A DNA stretch of 63,984 bases, the filler included, from Octopus bimaculoides (taxonomy: Eukaryota), in NCBI RefSeq assembly GCF_001194135.2. It is 7 parts of 6 records of this genome, joined end to end, with 100 filler letters (N's around TTAATTAATTAA, not from the genome) between each part and the next. Parts side by side here need not be neighbours in the genome. Positions count along the whole stretch, not along the records: positions 44,995 to 56,817 come from NC_068988.1; positions 56,918 to 59,863 come from NC_068983.1; positions 59,964 to 62,813 come from NC_068995.1; 4 more parts are not named here. One strand, written 5' to 3'. Below, piece after piece: positions 50,456 to 61,512 of this stretch (position 1 is its first letter; each line of letters opens with the position of its first letter). A model generated the notes under the pieces. It ran no database searches and was not told the DNA's origin. It saw only the letters and a program-made list of their open reading frames with translations. The position numbers were made by a program, and so were the translations under genes.

Positions 50456-51997
50456 ACCATTGGGTATTTTAATTATTTTAGCAAACACGATACAAGACAA
50501 TTTTTGGTCTTTTTACGACCTAATTAGAGAAACATTTACTTTACCGTACTTGCAGATGTCGTAATAGAAAAACTCACAAAATAAATGGATGAGATTATTT
50601 ACTGGTTTCCATTAAAACATCACCAAAATGTGTATCTGTCACTAGTTAAGTTCTGGTGGTTTATATAATCATCTATTCTCTTCTCCAACCTTTGTTGCTT
50701 TGTGCAAACCAAAAATAGAAATTTTTGATGGCAGATTCTCCGTCGGCTTCAACGATGAGCATATTGTTGGTCGTTAATCACCGGGCTTCCATTCAGTTTC
50801 CGTCTAGACAATTTCTCCTATAAGACTAGGAATGAATGAACGTTATAGTTAAAGATTCTTGTCCGAGATAGCATGGAGTAAGACTAACTCAAGACCACAC
50901 GATTACAAAACAAACCTGTCCACCACTCAGCCATGCCTACGTCTTGAGATCTCTACTACCTACATGACAATGAAACATCGTTTAATTAATATTTTCTGAA
51001 GTCATAATGAATAGCATAAATTGGAACTCGGGGTGGGGGGAGTTCAGTTTTAGGCTATACCATTCTACAGAATATATATCGATACAAAGAGTAATCAATC
51101 AAATCAATTTTAATTCTATGTGGAATTTTCATCATCGGTCGAGTAAATTCTTTAATGGTTTGCTGAGGCATTTCTTATAAACACTCCCAATAAGGTCTAA
51201 AGTAAAACGGATATTTTGATTTACATGTATACAATAAGATTTTGTATAAAATTTTATACGTGTTTATTATATACAATGTTGACTAAAATTTATAGGCATA
51301 TTCTGGTATAGTAAAATATATCATTAAAAAATCAATGTATAAAACATTGTCAACGCATCAGTAATTTCTTAATCGCACTAGTTTGTTAAAAATACTCTCT
51401 ATAATATGCGTCAACTGGACTGCCCAATTTATTGAAGCCGTGAGTGATAATGGCTCTGAGACAGGGTCTCTATCTGTGGGTAGTTAAAGAGTGTGCTTTG
51501 TTATTAACGGAATCGCAACACAAGACTAAAATCAGTCTTTTTATGTCCACGAAATTATTATACATAAATATACACATACCTATTACTTAAATCCTAAGAA
51601 GTTATAAAATGTCCTCGCCATCGTCTGGAGCATCAGCTTTTCTATTTTGTCTGCTGGAGTCATGAGACTTAAGGAAATTATACGTTCCACTTCTTAAATA
51701 CTTAGATTCATGCAGTAATTTATAAGGTAACAAACCGATAAATAAGCCAAGGAAGAGTGCTTTCAATAGTGAAACTTGAAGTCGATAATGTTTTTAATAA
51801 TACAGTGTAAGTACCGGGTTAAAAAATCTCTGGGTAAAAATTATCGAAGGCTACTCCTAGGACTCGACCACACATTTGTAAACACGACAGATATCCCACG
51901 AGAAACCTTACATTTTTCCCAGCCCACTTGATGGTGGGGAATAACTCAATGTTTATAAAGAGTTCCACCGGTAAAAAGCAACATTTATACATACATG

Positions 51998-52031
<34 letters not shown>

Positions 52032-52132
52032 TGCATATATAAGTGTGTGTGTATGTAGTCTCACACACATTTCTATATATATATATATATATATTTATAC
52101 CTGTGTATTCATATATATATATACTTATGTGA

Positions 52133-52172
<40 letters not shown>

Positions 52173-53395
52173 NNNNNNNNNNNNNNNNNNNNNNNNNNNN
52201 NNNNNNNNNNNNNNNNNNNNNNNNNNNNNNNNNNNNNNNNNNNNNNNNNNNNNNNNNNATATATATATATATATATATATATATGCCTGAATACACACAC
52301 ATACGCACTCAAAATATTATTTAAATTTGTCTATAAATAAAGTGTTGTCTAAAATCTATAGATGTATTCTGTAATACAGAATAAATCAGTAGATTTAAGA
52401 CAACACTGTTAACGCATCAGTAATTTGTGTTCTGTCTGAATATGTTGTTTGATGTGTGTGATATATAATTGATGTCAGTTGAGAATAGTTAATGATCAAA
52501 AGTGTTCCAACCGTCAACACCCAACCATTTTCAGCCAGTGCTATTCTCTAGTACAACATCATTCATTATGTCTTCTAAGACTGTCAGATATGCTTTGGTT
52601 GCTATATCGAGCTGGTCGAGCGATCATGTAGAAGCTTTATCGTTAGTAGAGAAAGTGTTGATGCAGCAAATATTGGTATGGATGATAGTTTATCTCGTGT
52701 TTTTGATAGTTGTTGCTTGTAATGTTGGTAGGGAGAGTGCTCATAGTGGTGAAACTGATAATGATGGTTTTAAACAGTAATGTTGTGTTTTAGTGGTGAT
52801 GCTGATAGTTGCGGGATTGCTAGTAGTATTGGTAGAACTAATAGTAGCTGGTTGTGCTGCTATTGTTTTTGTCCTTGTTGTTTAGCTATGAATACCTGGA
52901 ACATAAATCTCATCGAACAGACTTATGTTCAAGCTGGTGTCTTCCTTTGTTCCACCGTATAAACTGAACACAAGACGGCATTTCAGCAACGTGATTTTGT
53001 TTTTCTGAAGACATTAGGGTGTGATTTGAGGGAAATTTGACTACCATTTCTATCTGATTGGGCAATCATTTAAAAAGTATATCATTGGTTCGGAGAATGT
53101 GATATTGCTAGTACTACTAGCAGATCGTTGATCAGAAAGAGGTCCTCCCCTTAATTTGAGGCCCTCTCGTTGATAATGTCCAGGGTGGTGATGATGGCAT
53201 TGCTGAAAATATTTTTGTTTGAAATGATAGTAATTGTTAGGTTTAGCAATTCGTTTTGCAAGATTCCTGATGTGAAATCGTGCGTTGAAACAGATATTGT
53301 TGTGTTTCGGGATGGTAATTTTAATTTTACCAAATAAACTTACGTACTATAATATATTTTTTCTTCACTCCTTTAACGCACACGAAAACGAAAAC

Positions 53396-53440
53396 TGTCG
53401 CTGAAGAGGTCAAAGGTGTGTGACGAAAGATTTCCGGACA
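53396..53440 (+). ncRNA. Minimal type-I hammerhead ribozyme, intact core
   Basis: UGUCG-CUGAAGA-G-GUCA(AAGGUGUG)UGAC-GAA-AGAUUU-C-CGGACA; self-complementary stem III; stem I of 5 bp with one bulge. Confidence 0.6.
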
Positions 53441-54160
53441 ATGGACATGAGATCAAATAATAGAATAAGAACAGTAATAAACGAGTGAAGAAAAATACAC
53501 AGTGCGTGTGTTTATTTGCAAAAAAAAAAAAAATAGATGACCGTCCCGAAATACAACATGATAGTAGTTGCTTGTTTTGTTAGTCTTAGTGTTTGTTCGT
53601 TGCTGTTGAGTTACGTTAGACAGTGAGATATTATTCTACGCCACCATCAGTGGTACTTGTAATAGAGATGATGGTGTGAGTGGTATTGGTAGGATGTTTA
53701 CATCCTCTTCGGTAGTAACCTGATCTCATCCTTCTCCCACTCTCTATTTCCCTCTGTCCACTGGCACTTTCCAGTTCTACACTCAACTCTTAGATTACTG
53801 ACTCTACTCCCTTCTCAGCCCTTCTCAGCCCTTCGGGATAATTGATTTACGGAAGAGCCTTCACTGTATGCAATGATTTATAGTCTAATTCAGTTACATC
53901 CTCTTCCTTTTATGCTTCCTCCTACTCCACCACCTCTTCCTGCTCTGTCTCCTCTGCCTTCCTCTCGTCCCCATTGTCTACCAATAGATCCAAACTTGTT
54001 GCTATGACTCACCACCATATTGATTATTTCATGGCACCATCATCTCCAAGGCCCACCTCCGCTCGCCGCCCTCGCCTTGATCTGGTAGCAGAACCGTACT
54101 GTTGAAAGTCTCTTATAACCAACACCTTCATGTATTTGCCTGCCTAACACACTCACACAG

Positions 54161-54210
<50 letters not shown>

Positions 54211-54648
54211 CCTCTCTCTCTCACTGTCTGTCTGTCTGTATGTCTGTCTGTCTCTTTTCTCTCTCTCTCCCTCTCACTGTTTCCTACACGCAAATTTATG
54301 TCTATGCATATACTTACTTATCCCCGTCTTTACATATCCATGCATGTATGTATGTGGGTGTGCTCGTGCGTGCGTACATGTGTGTGTGTTTGCGTGCGCG
54401 CGCGTGTCTGTGTGTATGCGCATGAGCGCGCGCGTGTGTGTGTGTATGTGCGTGAGCGCGCGCATGTGAATGCGTATGTATGTGTGCGTATGTGTGCGTA
54501 TGTGTGCGTATGTGTGCGTATGTGTGTGTGTGTATGTGTGTGTTTGTTCCTGAATGGACTGCTTATCGGACTGTTGCATTTAATTCCCTTGAAAACACTA
54601 CCACCCAACTACAACTAAGACTCCCCACAACCACAACACATACTACAG

Positions 54649-55033
54649 CGCTAATTAAACATTACAACTTCGAAATATCTGTCCTAGTTAACACCACACC
54701 GCATCCACGCCGGTGAGCTTACTTTAACCCTCATCTCCATCACTAGTCCTATAATCTTAAAACTCCCAGAACACGAACCAATGACAGAGCTTATAACGTT
54801 GTCCCTTGTACGTTCGATAAGCGATTAGCTAGAAATAACAACAAAAAAACCTCCTGTTAATCACACCTACCAACTTAATACTAAATCAAAACATGAGATG
54901 GTCACGGTTGGATTGCCAGTGATTGTATGATTACTGGATCAAGATTGAACTAAACAACAGTGACTCATAAACATTAAAGCAACAGCCCTCAAGCCACCAC
55001 CACCACTACCACCGCTGCCGCCGCCGCTGCTGC
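54649..55033 (-). repeat. Right arm of the inverted duplication (partner 44996-45379)
   Basis: Manual alignment. Confidence 0.95.
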
Positions 55034-55068
55034 CGCTGCTGCTGCTGCTGCTACTACTACTACAACTA

Positions 55069-55110
<42 letters not shown>

Positions 55111-55275
55111 TGGTGCTGCTGTTGCTGCTGCTGGAAATAGCCCAACAGCACACGATCCGAACACTACAACTACCACCACCACTCAAGCCTTTACTGCAGA
55201 GGCACCATAACAATAATTACCACCACCACCGCCACCATCGCCACCACCAGCATCACTAGTCCCTCACATCAGCAG

Positions 55276-55338
<63 letters not shown>

Positions 55339-55340
55339 AT
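54995..55340. repeat. Compound (CCA)/(GCT)/(ACT) trinucleotide tracts
   Basis: Direct sequence. Confidence 0.9.
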
Positions 55341-55958
55341 AATTTATATGGCTATTTCCTTGTCAGCCTTTGGGCTAGCTTCCGGTTGTCCGCATTACCT
55401 TGAAGTTGATAAATTTTCTCTTTTCACTATTTTTTCTTTTGTTTAATTTCTGTCGACCTTTCCTTCATTGTATATTTTATTCGTTCTTTCCCTTTCCTTT
55501 TTCCTTCTTTCCTTTTTCCTTCTTTCTCTCTCTCCCTTTTTCTTTCTTTCTTTCTCTCTCTCTCTCTCTTTTCTTTCCTTTTCTTTTCTTTTCGGCTCTG
55601 CTTTTTACCCTCCTTCCACATGTCTTCTGTTGTCTTTCGCCCTCAAGTTTTGTCTTTCTTCACTCACGCTTGTATGTGTGTCCGAATATGCACTCACACA
55701 CATAGACGAATGCATTAACGTTCGCACTCCAATGCATAACATCATTTTTGTCTAATTTTGTTCTATTTTATTATTTTTCAATTAGTTATGAGTTCCAACA
55801 ATGTTATAAACTTTTCGTTTTAGCATTCTGGGAATTATAAAATTTGTACCCGTTATATACTGATATCGATTCAATGGACTATAAACCATTCTTTCAAATC
55901 TGTGATTCTTATTCCAAGTAAAGAAATTATTGACGCTTCCATTCCTCTTTTTTTTGTA

Positions 55959-56014
<56 letters not shown>

Positions 56015-56597
56015 CGTCTGTCTGTCTGTATAATAATCAGGTGATTGGAAGAATATTTAATGCTTTTCAACATTAAAATACTATAAAGTAGGATCAAAAG
56101 GAACAGAAAAAGATGTTACTAGTTGATAACTAAAATTATTGTTTTTTCTTCTTTTTATCAATACGTGAGAGTGGAAACTTCAAATGTATATTAATTTCGC
56201 TTAAACTCCTTCAGTGGAATGATTTAATTCAAATCTCACCGTGGAATTCTGATAGACAACATGTACTCTAGCCACCAAGTAGATTCCAGCGTCTATGGTT
56301 AGGATTCTAGTTTTTCAATTAATTACTCCGTCGTACATTACAGAGCGTATGTTTGTAATTTAAAACGTAAAGTTTCAAATGATCGTTTAATTAAACATGC
56401 TATTTGTAATTATTTGATTTAATAAACATACAATGTTTTTGCCTCGCTCTGAAAAGTGGTTATATCATATTTTGTCTCTCCGCTAACTGAAAAGTGAAAT
56501 GAACCTGACTAGTTCCTATTCTAGTTAGAACTTCATCCGAGAAAGCATATCTATGTTTCGAGTAGCTGATAGCTTTATAAGTGTGTACAAACAAAAA

Positions 56598-56625
56598 AAG
56601 CTAGAACTCGGCTGAGTTCTAGCTT
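56598..56625. other. Perfect 12-bp hairpin with a 4-nt loop (aagctagaactc-ggct-gagttctagctt)
   Basis: Direct sequence. Confidence 0.85.
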
Positions 56626-56817
56626 ATCTCTTTGCATTACTTTGCACGGCTTGATAACATAAATTAATAAATGCTTAGAACTATATAGAATTTATTAGAT
56701 AATCTGAAAGGTAGATATATACATGTTTAAAAAATTAACCATACAATATTAGCATGAGGGGTTGTGAAAAGCAAACACAATGAGTACACCACAAGCATTT
56801 TTTCTCTGTAGAAATAA

Positions 56818-56917
56818 NNNNNNNNNNNNNNNNNNNNNNNNNNNNNNNNNNNNNNNNNNNNTTAATTAATTAANNNNNNNNNNNNNNNNNNNNNNNNNNN
56901 NNNNNNNNNNNNNNNNN
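56818..56917. other. Assembly linker 44N-TTAATTAATTAA-44N
   Basis: Direct sequence. Confidence 0.95.
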
Positions 56918-57064
56918 GGCCAACCTCGCCGCCAAAACGTCGGATGCGATGCCACTTCTAATTGCCTCTTCTAGCTTCTTAACTAGTTCACCCTCTACTC
57001 TGTTTCTGTCTATGGCTAGTGCTTTGCTATACCTAACCGCTTCTGCTTTTATTGCTCTCAGCAC
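56918..57064 (-). mobile_element. Probable Tx1/L1-like ORF2 fragment (post-endonuclease helical region)
   Basis: LRAIKAEAVRYSKALAIDRNRVEGELVKKLEE; pattern similarity only. Confidence 0.45.
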
Positions 57065-57403
57065 TGTACAAGCACTTGAGAATGAATGAAACTGAAAATA
57101 GGCAGATAAAGAAAAGAATGCATGGACAGTTTCATGGCGATGTTGAAGATAAGACAGACAGAAAAAAAATGGCTGTGGATGACTAAAAGGGATTTAAAAC
57201 CAGAAGCGGAGGTTCTAATCTGTGCTGCCTAAGTGCAATCACTAAGAACGAATTACATCAAATACAGTATAGACAACACATCAAAAAGTGGCAAGTGCAG
57301 AATTTGTGGACAAAATGATGAAGCCGTATGGCATATTACCGCTCAATGTACGCTACTAACCCAGAAGGAATATAAAAGACATTATGACAAAATAGCAAGG
57401 ATT
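57065..57403 (+). mobile_element. R4/Dong-clade fragment (CCHC knuckle region)
   Basis: KCRICGQNDEAVWHITAQC..YKRHYDKIARI; paralogous to 58410-58740. Confidence 0.85.
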
Positions 57404-57404
57404 C

Positions 57405-57585
57405 TACAGTTCTATTTTTGAGAGATGAGGAATAATGTACGTTATTTATATTATTTACATTTGAGGGATGTGTGTCCTCATCTACTTTGTTGTAAACACA
57501 ACGTTACGGCTGATTACCCGCCAGCCTTCAGCAGGTGTCTTGAGGAAATTTCGAAACTGGGTTCTCATTCCTAATATATTTTTCG
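57405..57585 (-). mobile_element. ~180-bp hammerhead-bearing short element (retrozyme/pLTR-like) next to (AAT)/(AAC) repeats
   Basis: Abuts the end of the Dong fragment; contains the hammerhead and an agatgagga/tcctcatct inverted repeat. Confidence 0.6.
57496..57538 (-). ncRNA. Minimal type-I hammerhead with two core substitutions (likely inactive)
   Basis: ACAC-CUGCUGA-A-GGCUG(GCGGGUAAU)CAGCC-GUAAC-GUU-GUGU; perfect stems I and II, palindromic AACGUU stem III. Confidence 0.7.
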
Positions 57586-57669
57586 ATGTTGTTGTTGTTG
57601 TTTTTGTTGCTGTTGTTCATATTATTATTACTATTATCATAATTATTATTATTAATATTATTCAGTGAA

Positions 57670-58000
57670 GGCACATGGCTCAGTGGTTACGGCGTCGAGC
57701 TTACGATCGCGAGGTTGTGAGTTCGAATCCCGGATCGGGCTGCATGTTGTGTTCTTGAGCAAAATACTTTATTTCATTTCGCTCTAGTTCACTCAGCTGC
57801 AGCAATGAGTTGCGAGGTCACAAGTGCCAAGCTCTATCGGCCTTTGCCTTCCCTTGGATAACATTGGTGGCGTGGTGAGGGGAGGCGGGTATGCATGGGC
57901 GAATGTTGGTATTCCATAAACAATCTTGCCGGATGTGTGCCTCGGAGGGTAACATTCTAGGTGCAATCCCATGTTCAGTCATTACTGAAGGGGGTTTCAG
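57670..58000 (+). mobile_element. tRNA-derived SINE family C, near full length
   Basis: A box TGGCTCAGTGG, B box GTTCGAATCC, 'gttcttgagcaaaatactttatttca' body. Confidence 0.85.
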
Positions 58001-58002
58001 CA

Positions 58003-58085
58003 TTACTATTCAGGTCACTGCTTGGAATCGAACTCGGAATCTTAGGGTTAGTAGCCCGTGCTCTTAACCACTACGCCATATGTCC
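58003..58085 (-). mobile_element. tRNA-like short element/SINE head (pseudo-tRNA)
   Basis: A box TGGCGTAGTGG, B box GAGTTCGATTCC; acceptor stem does not close. Confidence 0.6.
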
Positions 58086-58089
58086 GTGC

Positions 58090-59270
58090 GGCCGTTTTAT
58101 TCCTTAGATATGGAGCAGGGGTAATCGCATGGACAGTAGACGAACTAATCAGCTTAGACAGAAGGAGAAGTAAGTTGGTAACTAGATATGGGTCACTCCA
58201 CCCAAATATTGACACAATCAGACTGTATGTATTGAGAATAATAGGGGGAAGAGGACATTTGTATACGAACACAGCATTAGATCAGAAGAAAACAACGTAG
58301 CATGGTATGTAAAAAAAAATCCACAGAACCGCTAATATTAGAATTAGGGCGGTCAGGCTTGTGTGGAATGAAAGATTGCAATGATAAAGCACTATACAAG
58401 AAATTGAAAACGAATGAAACTGAAAATAGGTGGATAAAGAAAAGAATGCATGCTCAATTGTATAAAGATGTTGAAGATAAGACAGACAGAGAAAAAAGAT
58501 GGCTGTGGATGACTGAAAGTGATTTAAAACCAGAAACAGAAGCTCTAATCTGTGCTGCCCAAGAGTAAGCACTAAGAAGAAACTACATAAAATACAGAAT
58601 AGACAACACATCAGAAAGTGATAAGTGCAGAATTTGTGGATAAAATGGTGAAACCGTATGGCATATTACCAGCCAATGTACACCACTAGCCCAGAAGAAA
58701 TATGAGAGACGCCACGACAATATAGCTAGGCTTAGCCATTGGACACTCTGCAACAAGTATGGACATGATAAAGCAAAAAAAAAAAAATGGTACGACCACA
58801 AATCTGAAGACATCGTTGAAAATAAAGATGAAAAGATCCTATGGGATATTATGATTCAGTGCAACCATGAGATAGAGAATAGGAAGCCGGACATAGTTTT
58901 AATTCAGAAAGAAAACAAACTATACTGGAACATAGATATAGCATGTCAAGCTGGAAACAAGGTATGCGATAAGGAAGAAAGAAAAGTCGATAGATATGAC
59001 ACGTTAAGCAGTTGTGGTCGATGAAAAAGGTAGCAGTGGTACCAATAATTGTTGGAGCCCTGGGAACAGTGCGCAAAAATCTATAGAAGTGCGTGGAACA
59101 AATAGGGGCTGCAATAAGGGTGGAGCACTTGCAGAAAACAACTCTACATGGAACCACTTGAATACTCCGGAAGGTGCTCGAAAAATAAGAGGTGTTACCT
59201 TAGTTCACTGGTAGTGAACAGCTGACACTGTAGTACATCTCCAGCGTTAGAAGCTGTGCAAAGGCAATTA
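58090..59270 (+). mobile_element. R4/Dong-clade LINE 3' portion with 3' UTR and (AAT)n tail
   Basis: LRYGAG, RLYV..GGRG, KPETEALICAAQE, CRICG..ETVWHI, RRHDN, ILWD, RKPD, VPIIVGALG motifs; ends in (AAT)n at 59270-59370. Confidence 0.9.
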
Positions 59271-59271
59271 C

Positions 59272-59369
<98 letters not shown>

Positions 59370-59370
59370 T
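59270..59370. repeat. (AAT)n microsatellite
   Basis: Direct sequence. Confidence 0.95.
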
Positions 59371-59439
59371 GCCAGCCTTGACAGCGGCTGGACGTGTTCC
59401 TCGCTGCTCTGACCATTCAGTAGCCGAAAGCCATGGAAA

Positions 59440-59523
59440 AAAATAAGAGGTGTTACCTTAGTTCACTTGTAGTGAACAGCTTACACCGTAGTACATCTCC
59501 AGCGTTAGAAGCTGTGGAAACGC

Positions 59524-59573
<50 letters not shown>
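59440..59573 (+). mobile_element. Second copy of the Dong-like 3' UTR plus (AAT)n tail
   Basis: Collinear with 59182-59268, few substitutions. Confidence 0.85.
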
Positions 59574-59574
<1 letters not shown>

Positions 59575-59863
59575 CAATGCATAGAATGCACCACCCTAAG
59601 GCAGATATAGAACGTCTTTATCTGCCAAGAAAAGAGGGAGGCCGAGGACTTCTACAGCTGGCCTTATCAATGACGGTAGCCACAATTGGCCTAGACAACT
59701 ATATGAAAAACTCTGAGGACTGGATGCTAAAACTTGTCTTAAAACATGAAAGCAAGAAAGCATCTTACTCAGTAACAAAACAGGCAAAGGAATATCTAAG
59801 TGAATTCCAATTGCAAAAAAATTCAAGAATTAGACGAACTAAAAACACCTGCAGAAAAAGCTA
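59575..59863 (+). mobile_element. R4/Dong-like RT C-terminal fragment (different subfamily)
   Basis: MHHPKADIERLYLPRKEGGRGL. Confidence 0.8.
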
Positions 59864-59963
59864 NNNNNNNNNNNNNNNNNNNNNNNNNNNNNNNNNNNNN
59901 NNNNNNNTTAATTAATTAANNNNNNNNNNNNNNNNNNNNNNNNNNNNNNNNNNNNNNNNNNNN
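59864..59963. other. Assembly linker 44N-TTAATTAATTAA-44N
   Basis: Direct sequence. Confidence 0.95.
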
Positions 59964-61119
59964 TATATATATATATATATATATATTTATATGCGTATTT
60001 AAATATCTACCAAATATTTTGGTAAAATAAGTATTGTAAGTGTTACCAAAGTAGCAAAATTCTCACTTGACATGTTGTTTATACTTTCTTTAAATATAAT
60101 GATTTTCGTATGGGTGATACAATTTGGGATGCATATCAATTGAAATAAGAGCCATGACGGAATCCTATGTATAAAACGTGTTTATTATCCTATGCGCATT
60201 TCGATGCAAGATCCTGACTTACTCTTGTCTGAGATAAGAAATTAGGGCCTTCCATCTCTTCAGGGTCAAGTTACATTAATTCACAACAGACAACATTATT
60301 ATTTGTACTAAAATTACATGTGTATAAAAAAGTTCTAATCAGGTTGTTTCGACATGAACGTATTGAAACTGCTTGCGACATCGGTTAAGAAAACCGTTAT
60401 ATAGCAAAGTAACTAAGTAGAGTTGTTAACCTAGGATATTAAGTAACGACATGCATACGACACTGTTTCATCAAATATAAAAAACCGTAAGAGGTTTGAA
60501 AAGAAAATAAAATAAAAAGAAGAAAGAAAAATTACTTATTATAGAAATACAAATTAATGGTCAAAGAGAGGTAAATCTTGCAAAATAAGATTTTTGATCT
60601 ACATAATTCACACAATTGTGATAAACCCTATCAAATAATTATATTTATTTTTAAGTGTAAAATAGTATTGAGAAATAACTTAAGGATATGTAATCAAGAT
60701 AAATTATAAATTATAAAATATAAAATGTAAAATAAAATAAAATAGAAATATTAATATTTCTAAGTCTCTCTAAAGATAACTTTCAAATTGCAACCATCCA
60801 AAAATTTAAATATACATTACATTAACTTAGTAGTGGAATTGAAATACAATATAAATGAAAGAAGGGATTTAACCGATAAGGCAAACAGTAAACAATTATG
60901 GCGATGCCATCGGTAGAAAAACACATAGAACTATAAATGATAAATCAAGTAACTAAGATCAAAAATTATAAATGTAAGTAGAGGAAAAGGTTATATGAAA
61001 ATAATACTTATTCCATGTTAAATTAACATAATTATATGGATTTAACTAACCCCTCCAAGGTAGATTTCTAACTACAATACAGATGTAAACATGTGATGAA
61101 GCATACATTTACATATTTT

Positions 61120-61260
61120 ATATATATGTGGGCCAGTTTATATGTGGGAGGTTGAAATCACACATCACTAGTTGCATTTTTGAAGGAAGAACTTGATTTT
61201 GTTGAAGCACTCTTGCAGTATAAATGATGGGAAGGGGGCAGTGGGGCCCAATTAGGCGGC
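61120..61260 (-). mobile_element. Decayed LINE AP-endonuclease fragment
   Basis: LVMCDFNLPHINW resembles the APE GDFN motif. Confidence 0.5.
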
Positions 61261-61469
61261 CCTTAAAGCAATGTACACCATTCGGATATTCCCTGTGATT
61301 AGGTGAGTTGGTGGTTTGAGTTTCGTTGTACTTGCACAAACGGTTTAGGAGGAGTCAACGAACATAAAAATGTAATGGACAGAGAAACATCAATCACATG
61401 TATATATGTATGTGTGTGTGTGTGTGTGTGTGGGTGTGTGGGTGTGTGTGTGTGTATAAATGGGTGTGT

Positions 61470-61512
<43 letters not shown>

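Noticed and set aside
34467-50584. Set of alternative plus-strand terminal exons (34467-34540 VEDVIK...SPHV*, 35168-35190 VEGTYKL*, 50556-50584 DVVIEKLTK*)
   Set aside because: Any AG in AT-rich DNA gives a short peptide and a stop; there is no donor or homology support.
51244-51259. Perfect 16-bp palindrome gtataaaattttatac
   Set aside because: Almost entirely A/T in AT-rich DNA; plausible by chance.
52440-52895. Adhesion-GPCR GAIN-like pseudo-exon (ATKAYLTVLEDIM)
   Set aside because: One short motif resemblance, several in-frame stops, and compositional bias explains the S/T richness.
58003-58085. Functional tRNA gene
   Set aside because: The acceptor stem does not close and the ACT anticodon is atypical; treated as a SINE head or pseudo-tRNA.
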